From contig CAVQUB010000013.1 in NCBI GenBank assembly GCA_963716725.1, forward strand, positions 64,001 through 128,000: 64,000 bases of DNA, written 5' to 3'. Below the pieces are notes generated by a model. It worked only from the letters and a program-made list of their open reading frames with translations, ran no database searches and had not been told where the DNA came from. The translations under genes and the position numbers were made by a program. Positions 20,056 through 30,663 of this stretch are shown here, piece by piece; position 1 is the first letter of the stretch; every line of letters begins with the position of its first letter. Source of the stretch: an uncultured delta proteobacterium. GTDB lineage: Bacteria > Myxococcota_A > Polyangia > Polyangiales > Polyangiaceae.

Positions 20056-21522
20056 CTCATGATTGATCGGATCCCATCTGGGACCGGGCAGCTCGGAAGC
20101 CGATCTCGTAGTCGAGGAGCTTCTGGTAGCCCCGTCCTAACGTTTGCCACCCGGGTGCGCCGTTGTTCTTCAGATGCCCGCCGAGTCGCGCGACAGCGAA
20201 TAGCGCTTGCTCAATGGTCTGCGGGACGGCCGGGAGGCGGAGCTTGAACTTTATGAGGAGCAACTGGGGCTCACTCAGGATCGTTGTTGCCGGTTGCTCG
20301 GGTGCGACGCGGGCTAACGAGCGCATGAGCAACAGGCGCCAGGCGATGGGCAGGAACACGGCGAGCGCGTTGCTCAGTGCCTGATACGACTCGAGCTGTC
20401 GTTTCTCGAGAGAACACCCTTGCTTGAGTGCCTTGAAGAACTCTTCGATCACCCACCGACTGCGGTAACAGTCCACGACGGTCGCGAGTTCGGCGACGGT
20501 GTCAATGGGTTCGGTAGTGAGCAGCACCCACTCGACCGACGGCTCGCCTTCTGGTGGTTGGAGTTCCCAGACTCGAACCACGTTGAGTTCGATGCTGCGC
20601 GTCTCATGTCGAGTGTTGCGGGGGCGCAGCACAGTCAAACGTTTGCCTGCCACGGCGACCTCCGCGCTCCGGGCGTTGCGAGACGGGTGCTCTTTTGCAG
20701 CATGCGCGCGACTGCTCGGTTTCCTCGATGACACCGAGATCGTGCGAAAAAACTGCGGTTCGAGCGTTGAGATTGCACTGCGCAAGCAGATGCCTATTTC
20801 CTCAGTTACTCGGTCGTGAGCCGAACGGATGACGTAGCGCGCACCGAGTTCCTGCGCCTTCGCCAGGACCTCGAAAATGTCCGCTTCGCGGTCCATCACG
20901 TGAATGAGCGCGCTGCCGGGGCAGCGTGCATGGACGGCCTCGAGCATGGCCGGCCAGCGCAGTGATTCGCGCTCGGGGTCTCTCCGACTGACAGACCGGC
21001 GGCGCCCGCGTCCACCCTTGTGTACGAGGCGGACGTGTCGCTGTAGACCCAGAACTCCGAGTGGCACTCGCTCCTCGCCGGGAAGCACGGCCAGCGCCAC
21101 GTGTGCGAGAAACCCCTGGCTGCCGCCGGACGTGACGCCCAACCCAGCTCGCCGACTGGCGCCGCCGAGCGATACTTCGGTCGTATCGTGCGCGACGATA
21201 CACAGGCCAGCGGAACTCACACGCTCCACCGTCGCCGACAGGTGCGGGTCAAGGATTTGCTCCGCGTCGAACTGCTCGTTGCGCAGGAATCGGTAGACTC
21301 CCTCAAGCTCGGACGGAGTGTCGACAGCCTGCGGAAACCCAACACCGGGCGCCGCCATCAGTTTCTCAGCGAGCCAACCGAGCCTGTCACTGCGCCGCTT
21401 ATCGCCGAGCTGAGAGCCCTCGAACTCGTCCGAAATCGACCGCCCTAACCATTCTGTTGCCGGCATTTCTCCCGTAGATCACACGCGCCGTCCGCTCGCA
21501 ATGAGATGTGTTTGATCATGAG
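20056..21522 (-). mobile_element. IS4-family insertion sequence with 8-bp target duplication CCGACGGG
   Basis: Ends CTCATGAT../..ATCATGAG; CCGACGGG at 20048-20055 and 21523-21530. Confidence 0.92.
20057..21466 (-). CDS. IS4-family (IS50-like) transposase
   Basis: LGDKRR..R, HDTT, VMDREAD, EWVLLT, YRSRWVIEEFFKALK, ARLGGH..PGWQTL. Confidence 0.93.
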   Translation of the reverse strand: MPATEWLGRSISDEFEGSQLGDKRRSDRLGWLAEKLMAAPGVGFPQAVDTPSELEGVYRFLRNEQFDAEQILDPHLSATVERVSSAGLCIVAHDTTEVSLGGASRRAGLGVTSGGSQGFLAHVALAVLPGEERVPLGVLGLQRHVRLVHKGGRGRRRSVSRRDPERESLRWPAMLEAVHARCPGSALIHVMDREADIFEVLAKAQELGARYVIRSAHDRVTEEIGICLRSAISTLEPQFFRTISVSSRKPSSRAHAAKEHPSRNARSAEVAVAGKRLTVLRPRNTRHETRSIELNVVRVWELQPPEGEPSVEWVLLTTEPIDTVAELATVVDCYRSRWVIEEFFKALKQGCSLEKRQLESYQALSNALAVFLPIAWRLLLMRSLARVAPEQPATTILSEPQLLLIKFKLRLPAVPQTIEQALFAVARLGGHLKNNGAPGWQTLGRGYQKLLDYEIGFRAARSQMGSDQS

Positions 21523-21819
21523 CCGACGGGGTGAAGCGCGGCAGGCCGCCGTGCTCTTCGGCCCTCTCCAAGAACGCCGGCCAGTGCTCCGCCACCGTCT
21601 GGTGGAGCACGGTGCTCTCCGGTCGATGGCGGGAACGCGATCGCTCGGACGGTGCAAGCGCGTGTGCGGGATGGCCCACGCCATGCGTGCATGAGCGAGT
21701 CCCGTGCCACGCGGCAGAGCCGCAAAGCCCCTGAGAATTCGTTCGCCCGCAGGCGGCGAAGTGGCGAAGTCAGGTGGCGATCGCCACCCAGGGGCGCGCG
21801 CTCTCTCCCGGCGCAGCCC

Positions 21820-22241
21820 GTCTTCCCCGCTCGGGCGAAGCCCGAGTTTGGGGAAGACCGACGCCGCGCAGCGGCGGCGAGTTGGGGCAGGAAGAGAGGC
21901 CCGGCGTGGTGGGCGGGCTTCGCGACCCAGGGCGCACGATCTGTGACGCGCCGCCCGCAGCGCTTCCTCGCGCGCAAGCGCCATCGTGATCGGCACCCTG
22001 CTTCCCGTCACCGCGCGGCGTGGCGCAGAGCGTGCGCCGGTTGAGCGCAGCCCGACCACTGCGCCGGGCCGAGGCACCACGAGCCGCGCGTGGCTCAGCG
22101 ACGACACACCAGGCTCGGAGCGACTCGTCTTCCCCGCTCGGGCAAAGCCCGAGCTTGGGGAAGACCGCAGGCGCGCACGAGCGCGAAGCGACGCGCTTCG
22201 CGATACTCGAAGGGGTGCGAGGAGCACCTGCGAGTTGGGGC
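21820..22241 (+). repeat. Double-hairpin REP-like elements, copies 2 (21820-21888) and 3 (22127-22241), separated by a copy of the DUF559 leader region
   Basis: GTCTTCCCCGCTCGGGC.AAGCCCGAG.TTGGGGAAGAC, second stem and AGTTGGGGC tail. Spacer is homologous to about 17830-18010 and 22555-22770. Confidence 0.9.
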
Positions 22242-22249
22242 AGGAAGAG

Positions 22250-22545
22250 AGCCGGAGCACCCGGTAGCCGAGCCGCCGGAGCGCGCGCTCGCGTCGGGCG
22301 TCCGCGACGCGGCGGTCGCGATGGTACCCGCCGTCAACTTCTATGACGAGCCGACAGGCGGGCACCAAGAAATCGACCACGTGCTGGCCGAGCACCACCT
22401 GACGCCGCACCGGAGCGCCGAGCTTTCCAGCGCGGAGCATTTCCCAGAGAGCTTGTTCGGAGCGGGTGGGCGTGGCGCGCATCTCGGCGGCGCGCTCGGC
22501 GAGGACTTGCTGGCGGCGAAGCTGTGCGTTGGGGCGAGCGGACAT
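22250..22545 (-). pseudogene. DUF559 endonuclease paralog, 3'-truncated at the REP-like element
   Basis: AERAAEMRATPTRSEQALWEMLR..VDFLVPACRLVIEVDGGYH..LGYRVLRL, then runs into the element. Confidence 0.8.
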
Positions 22546-22902
22546 GGTTCCTCCGAGGCCCGGCGTGGTCCCCCCCTGGGGACTTCCAAGGGTCGTGGGC
22601 GGGCTTCGCGACCCAGGGCGCAGGCTCTGTGACACGCCGCCCGCTGGCGCATCGTTCAAGAGTCAGCGTTCTTGCTCAGGACGTCGCATCAGGTCGGCAC
22701 GCGGCGTGGCACAGAGCGTGCGCCGGTTGAGCGGCGCCCGACCACTGCGCCGGGCCGAGGCACGACGAGCCGTTCGCAACGGCGCGCGACGACGCTGACT
22801 CTCACGCGCGAGCACCTTCTCGATCTCGAGCGCAAGCACCACGCTCGCGCCGTCGCCTCCGGCCTTGCAGCTGGATCGCTTCGAGCATAGACGGCACGCG
22901 CG

Positions 22903-24626
22903 CGGGAAGGAAGAATGAACTGCCAAAACCCACCGAAGCTCAGGGTACGCGCGGCGCGTTTCGAGGTCGAGGGGTGGTCGGGAGTGGTCGGAGTAGCTGG
23001 TACTGACGCTGCTCGCCGCTCCGACCCTTCAGGGCGAGGCTGAATGCGCCACCGCGGAGGGACCACCGCCTTGGCGGGGCGCTCGGCGAACCCTCACCCT
23101 CCCCCGAACCCCAGCTCCAACTGCTCGGGCACGCGCAGCTTCTCGCGCTCGAGCGGCGGCGCGCGCGGCCCGAGGCCATGCTCGGCGAGCAGCCGCGTGA
23201 TCGGAGCGCGCGTCGTGGCGACCTCGGCCCAGCGCATCGGACCCGAGCAGCGCGGGCAGGTCTCGACATCGGCCTGGAACACGACCCTGGGAAGTCCCCG
23301 ACGGGGGACATGGGCCAGCATCCATGCCCATCGTTTACGCTGCACCGGTGCGTCGTCCTTCTCGCCAAGTAGCTCGAGCTGGTCGCCGCGGGCGGGCGGC
23401 GGCTTGTTCGCGGTCGCGTCCGCTGGCGGTGTGGGCACGACGAGGCGCCGTCGAGAAGAGTGGCTCGACGACCCTTGGAAGTCCCTGAAGAGGGAGAGCA
23501 CGCCGAAGTACCGCAATAAGTGCCAGCGAGGCGGTGGCACCGCGGCCACCAGACGCGGGATGAGGTCAGCCGGCTCGAAGACCAGCGCGCGTGTGCCGCC
23601 CCCCGTCGGGGACTTCCAAGGGTCGTCGCGCCAGGGACGCTTGAAGCTCAGCTCGAGCTTGCCGTCGGCGCGGCGCGCGAGACGCTCCTGCGAGACGGAG
23701 GGCGCGTGATGTCCCCCGTCGGGGACTTCCAAGGGTCGTACTTGCAGATTCGCTCCACGCGACGGCGATCCCGTCCGTCGATGGCCTGAGCTGCGTGGAT
23801 GTTGATACCGCGCACCTCCGCGATGGGCTCGTCAATGGCGTCTGCGGCGCGCGGGCGCGCGGTCGGCTCTGGCGAGGTGAGCAGCCGCAGGGGCGGCTTT
23901 CCGGCGCGCTCGCCGCTCACGGAGACGACCCCTGGAAGTCCCCGACGGGGGATGCCCTGCGCTGCGGCGGCGTAGCAGGCGGCGAGCCCGGGCTCGTCCA
24001 GGGCGAGCTCGGGCGGGGTGTCGTCGTCGCACTCGGGGTCCAGGCTTCGGCCATGCGCACGCAGGATCTTCTCGATGCGAGCCGCGGTGCGCGAGGCGAC
24101 CTCGGCGATGTCCGCGTGAGAAGGCGCGTCGAGCTCCAGGAACTCGAGCGGAGCGCGCGGGTCGTCGTCCTGGTGCACGTACACGCCGTCGAGCACGAGC
24201 GCGTGGCAGTGAACGTTGAGTCGGAGGGCACTGTCTGTTCTCTGCACCGCAACCACGGCGCCGGTGTGACAGCTGGCGACGCTCGCGACGCCGAGCTCGC
24301 GCTTTGCGCGCCAGCGCAGTGAGCGGTCCACCTCCGCCATGAACGCGCTCACCACCTCGGCGCAGAGCTTCCGGTCGTCCCCCGCCGGGGACTTCGCAGC
24401 GTCGTAACCCAGGAGCGCGCGCAGACCCCAAGGCAAGGAGCAGATCCAATGGCGAATGCGTACGCGCGGCAGCACTCGCTCCTCCAAGTGCACGGCGATA
24501 TCCGCCATTCGGCGCCCGACACAGGAGGGGCAAAAGCCGCGCTTTTTGCAGGAAAAAGCCACCAGCTCGGAGTGCCCGCAGTCACGACACACGAGGTGTA
24601 GACAGCCGCGCTCGAGCTGCCCGCAG
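22903..24626 (-). mobile_element. IS91-like element copy B: 5'-truncated, frameshifted near 23697, carrying six 27-nt insertions
   Basis: Colinear with the intact transposase at 48652-50223; end motif GAACTGCCAAAACCCACCGA..AGGGTACGCG. Confidence 0.9.
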
Positions 24627-24677
24627 GTCAGAGGTGACGCCACCTGTGTCATCGGCGCGCGCTGTCCGTAACCTGGC

Positions 24678-25955
24678 TCAGAAGGCGAACGAGAGCGAAA
24701 GGTATCCGCCACCCGCCAACGGTCCACCGTCGACCTTCGGCTTCAGCCAGGTGGTCTTCCGTGTCGATTCGACGTCGTGGATCGACTTTCGCAGCAGTTT
24801 TCGGTTGTGCTTTTCGGCGTAGATTCGCGCGTCGTACTCCGTGAGAAGGTGATCGTTCGGCGCTCCTTCTCCGAAGACCAGTCCAAAGATGGTCAGAGGC
24901 ACTCCGGCGACGAGCAGCGTGAAGCCGCCGGTGAACGCCGCGATGGTCGGCGGATCGTTTCCCTTGAGATTCCCGAATGCCAGGCTAGCCGTTGTGAGGC
25001 CCGCACCCACGACGAGCATGGTGATCCCGCCGTACAGCTGGAACTTGGCGCGGTGGGTCTCGACGTCGTCGAGATCCTTCTCTCCCGTCGCCGCACGATA
25101 CCGACGCACGAACTCGTTCTCCGAGACGAATCCCTGTGCGTCGGAGAACGCGTAGCCGCCATACGGACTAACCCCCACCTTCATCTTCTGCGACTCGTAG
25201 ATCGCCTTCACCTGATCGCTCGCGGATGTCTCGCTGATGCCCGCTGCTTTGGCGACACCGAGCGGGCCCACGTCGTCCTTCTTCGAAGGGTCACGTGGGT
25301 GCACGCCGATGGCGAAGTAGCCGTGGACTTTCTTGCGGTGGAGGACCTTCAGGGCCACGGCGCCGGACGTGCTGCCTACAGAAACGATGTCGACCCCCGC
25401 GCTCGCGTTGGTCTCCTCGCCGGTGGCGTACTCGCCATCTCCGTAGACGATCGACTGCACGTAGCCGTAGCCGCAGGCGTTGCCGCCCTTCTCCGCGCAA
25501 CAGGCGGCGTACTCGGTCGTGTCGGCGCGGACGACCTTCTTCTGCGGGGCGAGCTTGTAGAGGAAGTGCGTCGCGTGGCTCACGTCGGCGCCGAATCCGA
25601 ACAGGCCGAGCGTCGCGCTAGCCTTCGCGCCGACCGCGAGCTCTTCCGCGTCCTCGTACGTAGCGGTCATCGCGAACGTCTTCGCCGGCTCGAGCTTGTC
25701 CGCGCATGGGTTCGGCTGGATGAGCTTCGCGATGGGCTCCCCGGCCTGCGGTGCCGATACGATGATCCTCCCCAGGATCGTATCGTCATCGCTCGGACCC
25801 GGCACGAGGACGTACTCGTCGCCGATGGGCAGCTTCGGTTCGGTCGGCGTGTTGGTCGCGGTCGATCGCGGGGTCGGCGTACTGCCGCATCCTGACGCAA
25901 ACGCGACCAGCACTACCGAGGCGATCATGGCCTGGCTCGTCTTCACCTCTCGCAC
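24678..25955 (-). CDS. Hypothetical lipoprotein with two C-terminal hydrophobic segments
   Basis: ASGC lipobox; 425-aa ORF with plausible composition; family not recognised. Confidence 0.7.
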   Translation of the reverse strand: MREVKTSQAMIASVVLVAFASGCGSTPTPRSTATNTPTEPKLPIGDEYVLVPGPSDDDTILGRIIVSAPQAGEPIAKLIQPNPCADKLEPAKTFAMTATYEDAEELAVGAKASATLGLFGFGADVSHATHFLYKLAPQKKVVRADTTEYAACCAEKGGNACGYGYVQSIVYGDGEYATGEETNASAGVDIVSVGSTSGAVALKVLHRKKVHGYFAIGVHPRDPSKKDDVGPLGVAKAAGISETSASDQVKAIYESQKMKVGVSPYGGYAFSDAQGFVSENEFVRRYRAATGEKDLDDVETHRAKFQLYGGITMLVVGAGLTTASLAFGNLKGNDPPTIAAFTGGFTLLVAGVPLTIFGLVFGEGAPNDHLLTEYDARIYAEKHNRKLLRKSIHDVESTRKTTWLKPKVDGGPLAGGGYLSLSFAF

Positions 25956-26113
25956 CCTGCACTTTCCGGCGATGATGCTACACGCGGGCGCATAGGTAGA
26001 ACAAGAGGGGGGTAGTTGCGCTTGTCAACCACCTACCGTTCGCAAACCCCGGACTGGCGTGAGGCGGCTGTCAGCCCGGCTTGTCTGACACCTTCCAGGT
26101 TGCGGAGCGCGGG

Positions 26114-28012
26114 CTATTTGAGCGGGACGAGCTTGTCGCCGAGGTGTCGGACGGCGTCGTGGCGCTCGCGGGGTGCGATGGCGTACGTGGCCTCGATGAG
26201 CCTCGCCGCGTGACGGTAGAGGCGCTCTCGATCTTCGGCAGGCTGGGCGAGGAGCGTCTCGACGATGGTGTCGAGCCAAAAGGTCCTCTCCAAGTTGCTG
26301 TCGGTCTCGGTCGCCTTCTCGACGCAGGCGAGCAGAACGCACGCGACGTCGGGCACGTCGCGGAGAGCTTCGCGCTCGACGCGGAGCGGCTCGAGAAAGC
26401 GGTCGCGCGCGTCCATGCGGTTCTTGTAGAGGAGCTCGGCAAAGAACTCGCCTTCGGTCTTCGCTGCGACGTTTTTCACGATGCCGAGCAAATAGCGCGC
26501 ATCAGCGCTGTCGGGAAGGGCGTTTGCAGAGCGTTTTGCCTGGAAGATCGTGAGGCCATCGACGATGGCGTCTTGTGGGTAGCCAGCGATGGCGACGCGG
26601 ATGTTTCGCTCGGGGTCGAGCAGCCGGAGGCGTTCGAAGTAATCGTCGAGCAGCGCGAGCACCTCGGGACGCCGGCGCGCCTCCAGCGTACGGCGCGCGC
26701 GCTCCTGGCGCTCGGCCAGGTCGCGCAGCTCGCAGCGCGCTTGCTCGATCTGCTCGGCGCTGGGAGCGTCCGCGCAGAGGTCGACACGCGAGCGGCCGTT
26801 GCGATCCTTGCGCGGGCGGTGGTTGGTCGTGCGTGCCCAGACCTGGACGACCAAGCCGAGGAAGCGGCGGGCGAGATCGTGGGCTTCGGTCCGCGTGTCG
26901 AGCTCGAGTGGAGGCAAGATCTGAGAGAACAGCCCGAAAGCGCCCTCGACGTGCGCCTTATTTTGCGGGCGCTCGATGGTCGCGCGTATCCGGATCGTGT
27001 CGCCGAGCGCCGCGTCGACCTCTGGTGAATGGTTGGACGGCTTGTTGTCGAGCAGGAGCGCGAGCGGGGTCGCGCCGGTGGTCGCTGTGCCTTGCTCGAA
27101 CGCCTCGACGACAGCGGCGCTGTCCTCCTCGTCGCGCACAGACGTGCCAACGAAAGCGCCGGTGTGTGCGTCCACGTCGAGCTCGAGATTGAAGACGAAG
27201 CGCTGTCCATCGACGACGACGGGCACTTGCATGCTGTCACCGACCCACTGCGCGCCGGGGAGGTAGGTGCGGAACGCGCCACGCAGCGCGAGCTCGTCGG
27301 GGCTACGGCCGACACGAGACGCCGGCTTGCGCCGCCCATGCACCGCGAGAATGCGCCGGACGAGGTCGCGGCCGAACGACAGGTGCAGGTCGCGCCGTAC
27401 GTGCTCGCAGAATTCGAGGAACGAGCCCTGCCAGCGCTCCCAGGCGTCGAGCACGGTCTGAATGTGCAACGTCTCCACGCTGGCCATGTCGGTGTCGGTG
27501 TCGGCACCGGCGCATGCACCCGACGTCGGCGTGCTGGCCGCGGGCACGTCGTCGCCGGCGCTCACCGGTGCGTTGCGGATCCAGTCCTTGAGGGTGCCGA
27601 GCGGGATGCGCGCCGCCTGCGCGAACGCCTCCAGCTCGAGCGAGGCGTGGGTGTGCACCAAGCCGAGCAGGAAGCGCCGAAACTCGTCGCTGTATTGCTG
27701 TCGCCTCGCCCCGCGATCCACGCAGCCGGGATGCGCCATCACGTGGTCGAGCACGCTGCGGGTCACCGCCGCTCCGGCCTCGCTCGGCGGCGTGGAGCAC
27801 TCTTTCGGCGGCCGTCCCGGCGCCCGCGCTAGCGCTGGCAAGGCGGCGGCGATCTTGCCAGCGGCCTCGTAGGCCTGGCTCTTGGAGCAGCCAGCGGCCT
27901 TCACGATCGCATCGACCGGCGGCACCGGCAGCCCGCGCTCCTCGCCGAGCGCGCGCCCGAACAGCAGCACGCCAGCGAGCCAGGCAGGACAAAGCGCGAC
28001 GGAGGCAATCAC
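26114..28012 (-). CDS. Large DDE integrase/transposase (rve-like core)
   Basis: GAQWVGD, VDAHTG, LLLDN, PQNKAHVEGAF, NHRPR. Confidence 0.75.
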   Translation of the reverse strand: MIASVALCPAWLAGVLLFGRALGEERGLPVPPVDAIVKAAGCSKSQAYEAAGKIAAALPALARAPGRPPKECSTPPSEAGAAVTRSVLDHVMAHPGCVDRGARRQQYSDEFRRFLLGLVHTHASLELEAFAQAARIPLGTLKDWIRNAPVSAGDDVPAASTPTSGACAGADTDTDMASVETLHIQTVLDAWERWQGSFLEFCEHVRRDLHLSFGRDLVRRILAVHGRRKPASRVGRSPDELALRGAFRTYLPGAQWVGDSMQVPVVVDGQRFVFNLELDVDAHTGAFVGTSVRDEEDSAAVVEAFEQGTATTGATPLALLLDNKPSNHSPEVDAALGDTIRIRATIERPQNKAHVEGAFGLFSQILPPLELDTRTEAHDLARRFLGLVVQVWARTTNHRPRKDRNGRSRVDLCADAPSAEQIEQARCELRDLAERQERARRTLEARRRPEVLALLDDYFERLRLLDPERNIRVAIAGYPQDAIVDGLTIFQAKRSANALPDSADARYLLGIVKNVAAKTEGEFFAELLYKNRMDARDRFLEPLRVEREALRDVPDVACVLLACVEKATETDSNLERTFWLDTIVETLLAQPAEDRERLYRHAARLIEATYAIAPRERHDAVRHLGDKLVPLK

Positions 28013-28070
28013 GGTGGGAGTACCGGATCTGCCTCCGTCGCTGGACGTTTGTCGATCTAGTTTCGAACGA

Positions 28071-28337
28071 CTATTGCTGTGTAGAGGCCCCGAGCAGCCT
28101 CTGCCCCAGCAGCCACACCTCGGGTACGCCGCCGCGGCTCGTCACCTTGAACAGCTCGAGGCAGCGATCGCGAAGGTCGAGCAGGTCGCTCGCGTCGCGG
28201 CCGGTGCCCGCCTCGATGCGCGCGAGCACCTCCTCGACGCGACCGTAGTAGCGGTCGGCGGGCACGAGCAGTCCGCCGAGCGCGTGGTGGGTGCGCCCGT
28301 GATTGCACCAGTGGATGTGCGCGTCGAGGCGGCGGCG
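28071..28337 (-). pseudogene. C-terminal fragment of a second integrase-core gene, cut by IS91-like copy C
   Basis: HIHWCNHGRTHHALGGLLVPADRYYG is typical of an integrase-core C-terminus. Confidence 0.65.
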
Positions 28338-29120
28338 CGTAGGAGGAACGAACTGCCAAAACCCACCGATGCTCAGGGTACGCGCGTGGCGGTCGGAGGT
28401 CGAGAGGCAGGTCGGGGTGGCTGGCTGAACAGTTGGTTGCCGCTGCTGAGCGTCACAGCGAGGCAGAACGCGCCACCGCGCACGGAGCACCGCCTTGGCG
28501 AGTCCCGCGACGAAGCCTCACCCTTCCCCGAACCCCAACACGAGCTGCTCGGGCACCCGAAGGTTCACGTGTTGACGCGGCGGCGCTCTCGCCCCGAGAC
28601 CGTGCTCGGCGAGCAGGCGGGTGATGGCAGCACGCGTCGTGGCGACCTCGGCCCAGCGCATCGGACCGGAGCAGCGGGGACAATGGTCCATGTCAGCTTG
28701 GAACACGTGGGCCAGCATCCATGCCCATCGTTTGCGCGGCACCGGCGCGTCGTCCTTCTCGCCAAGTAGCTCGAGCTGATCGCCGCGGGCTGGCGGCGGC
28801 TTGTTCGCGGTCGCGTCCGCCGGCGGTGTGGGCACGACGAGACGCCGGCGCGAGGAGTGGCTCGACGACCCTTGGAAGTCCCTGAAGAGGGAGAGCACGC
28901 CGAAGTACCTGAGGAGATGCCAGCGAGGCGGCGGCACCGCGGCGACGAGGCGCGGGATGAGGTCGGCGGGCTCGAAGACCAGCGCGCGTGTGCCGCCCCC
29001 CGTCGGGGACTTCCAAGGGTCGTCACGCCAAGCACGCTTGAAGCTGAGCTCGAGTTTGCCATCCGCGCGGCGCTCGAGGCGGTCCTGCGCGACAGGTGGG
29101 CGCGTGATGTCCCCCGTCGG
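28338..29120 (-). mobile_element. IS91-like element copy C (3' part), cut by IS4
   Basis: ITRPPVAQDRLERRADGKLELSFKRAW..; end CGTAGGAGGAACGAACTGCCAAAACCCACCGA. Confidence 0.9.
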
Positions 29121-30613
29121 CTCAGGATTGATCGCATTTCCGTATGGAATCGAGGGCCATCTGCCACCCCATGCGTAGCAGGAGCAGTTTTTCGTAGCCG
29201 CGTCCGAGGGTGAGCCAGCCCGGCGCGCCGTTGTTCTTGATGTGACCGCCCAGTCTTGCGAGCAACGCAACCGCGTCGCGGACTGTCTTTGGTTTCGGCA
29301 AGCCGCGGGCAGCTGGTGCCTGGTGGAGGAGAGCTAGCTCGGTCTCTGTGAAGACGGCACTGGCGGGCGCGCCGGAGTGGAGCCGATCCATGCTGCGAAG
29401 CCAGAGTAGCTGGCAGGCGATGGGCGCCAGGATGGCGAGTACCTTGCAGAGGGCGTCATACGATTCGACTTGTCTCCGCTCCAGGGAGCACCCGGTCTTC
29501 AATGCCTTGAAGTAGTCCTCGATCGTCCAACGCTTCCGATAGAGGTCGACGACCCGCTCAAGGTCGGTTTTTTGAGCCACTGGTTCAGAGGTAAGGAGCA
29601 CCCACTCGACAGCGGGCTCGCCCGCGGGTGGTGACTGCTCCCAGACCCGTACGACGTTGATTTCGAAGTCCGCTCCTCCCGACTTGGTGTACCGGGTTCG
29701 ACCGAGCGTGATCCTCGTCGATGCGATGCTGACGCGCGCGACCCGTGCGGACCGGTGCGGGTGCTTCCGCCTCCCGTTGGCGCCGCTCGTCTTGAAGTTC
29801 TGTTTTCGCTCGCTGAGCGCCACGTCTCGGTGGACGATTGGGACCAGATCTGCCACCACTTCCCTCAAGTGCCGCGCGTCGCCCTCGTCGTAGACGAGGC
29901 GATCGATTTGCCCAGCCCGAATGATGAATCGGGTGGACTCATCCGCCATGTGGCGCATCAGCTCGAAGAAGTCCGCTTCTGCATCCATCACGTGGATGGC
30001 ACGCGCGGAGAGTTTCGGCGTCCTGGTAGCACTCACCCCGCGCAGCCATCGCTCAGATTCTCGTGATTCCTTGTCGCGCCTGGTCGTTCGGGCTGCCTTC
30101 CGCTTCTGCCATGTCGCTCCGGTGCGCGTATATGTCTCAAGGTGACCGATCCCCAGCGGCACTCCGGTGGTGGCGCAGAGGCACAACGACATGTGTGCCA
30201 TGAATCCCTGTCGGCCCAGCGCTGTCGTGTGTAGGCCAGCCCTGCACGCGTTCCTTCACCCCGAAATTCGACCGTGGTCGTATCGTGAATGAACAGAACC
30301 TCCTTCGACGCTTCGGCTCGCTCCAAAGTTGCTCGCCGATGAGGCTCGAACAAGTCCGCCGCGTCGAACGCATCGTTGTTCAGAAACCGATAGAACGCCT
30401 CGAGCTCAGCGGGAGACTCCAACGCCCGAGGAAACCCAACGGCTGGGTCATGTTCGATAGCCTCCACCACGCGAACCAGTCGCGCGCTGCGCCTCGCATC
30501 ACCCAACTCCGCGCCGTCGAAGTCCCGAGTCAGCCGCTCAAATCGCTTAAACCTAGCCACATCGAGCTTTGATCACGCCCGATCGCTAGATGCAAGATGT
30601 GATAGATCCTGAG
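29121..30613 (-). mobile_element. Second IS4-family element, transposase frameshifted near 30220, no matching target duplication
   Basis: Ends CTCAGGAT../..ATCCTGAG. ORFs 30033..30560 (LGDARRSARL, HDTT) and 29122..30201 (VMDAEAD, YRKRWTIEDYFKALK). Confidence 0.9.
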
Positions 30614-30663
30614 CCCTGCCAGGTGCTCGCCGCGCTCCGCGCGGCTGCGCGCCCGTCTGTCCC

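Larger units (their letters stand above)
19547..21679 (-). pseudogene. IS91-like (HUH Y2) transposase copy A, 3'-truncated and split by IS4
   Basis: HRPESTVLHQTV..GGLPRF before IS4; VVKEFEEYL.CG..CRDC..FSCKKRGFCPSC..LNVHGHALVLDG after it. Confidence 0.9.

Noticed and set aside
19754..29120. 27-nt repeats as a CRISPR array
   Set aside because: They are irregularly spaced, in both orientations, embedded in a colinear transposase gene, and no cas genes are present.
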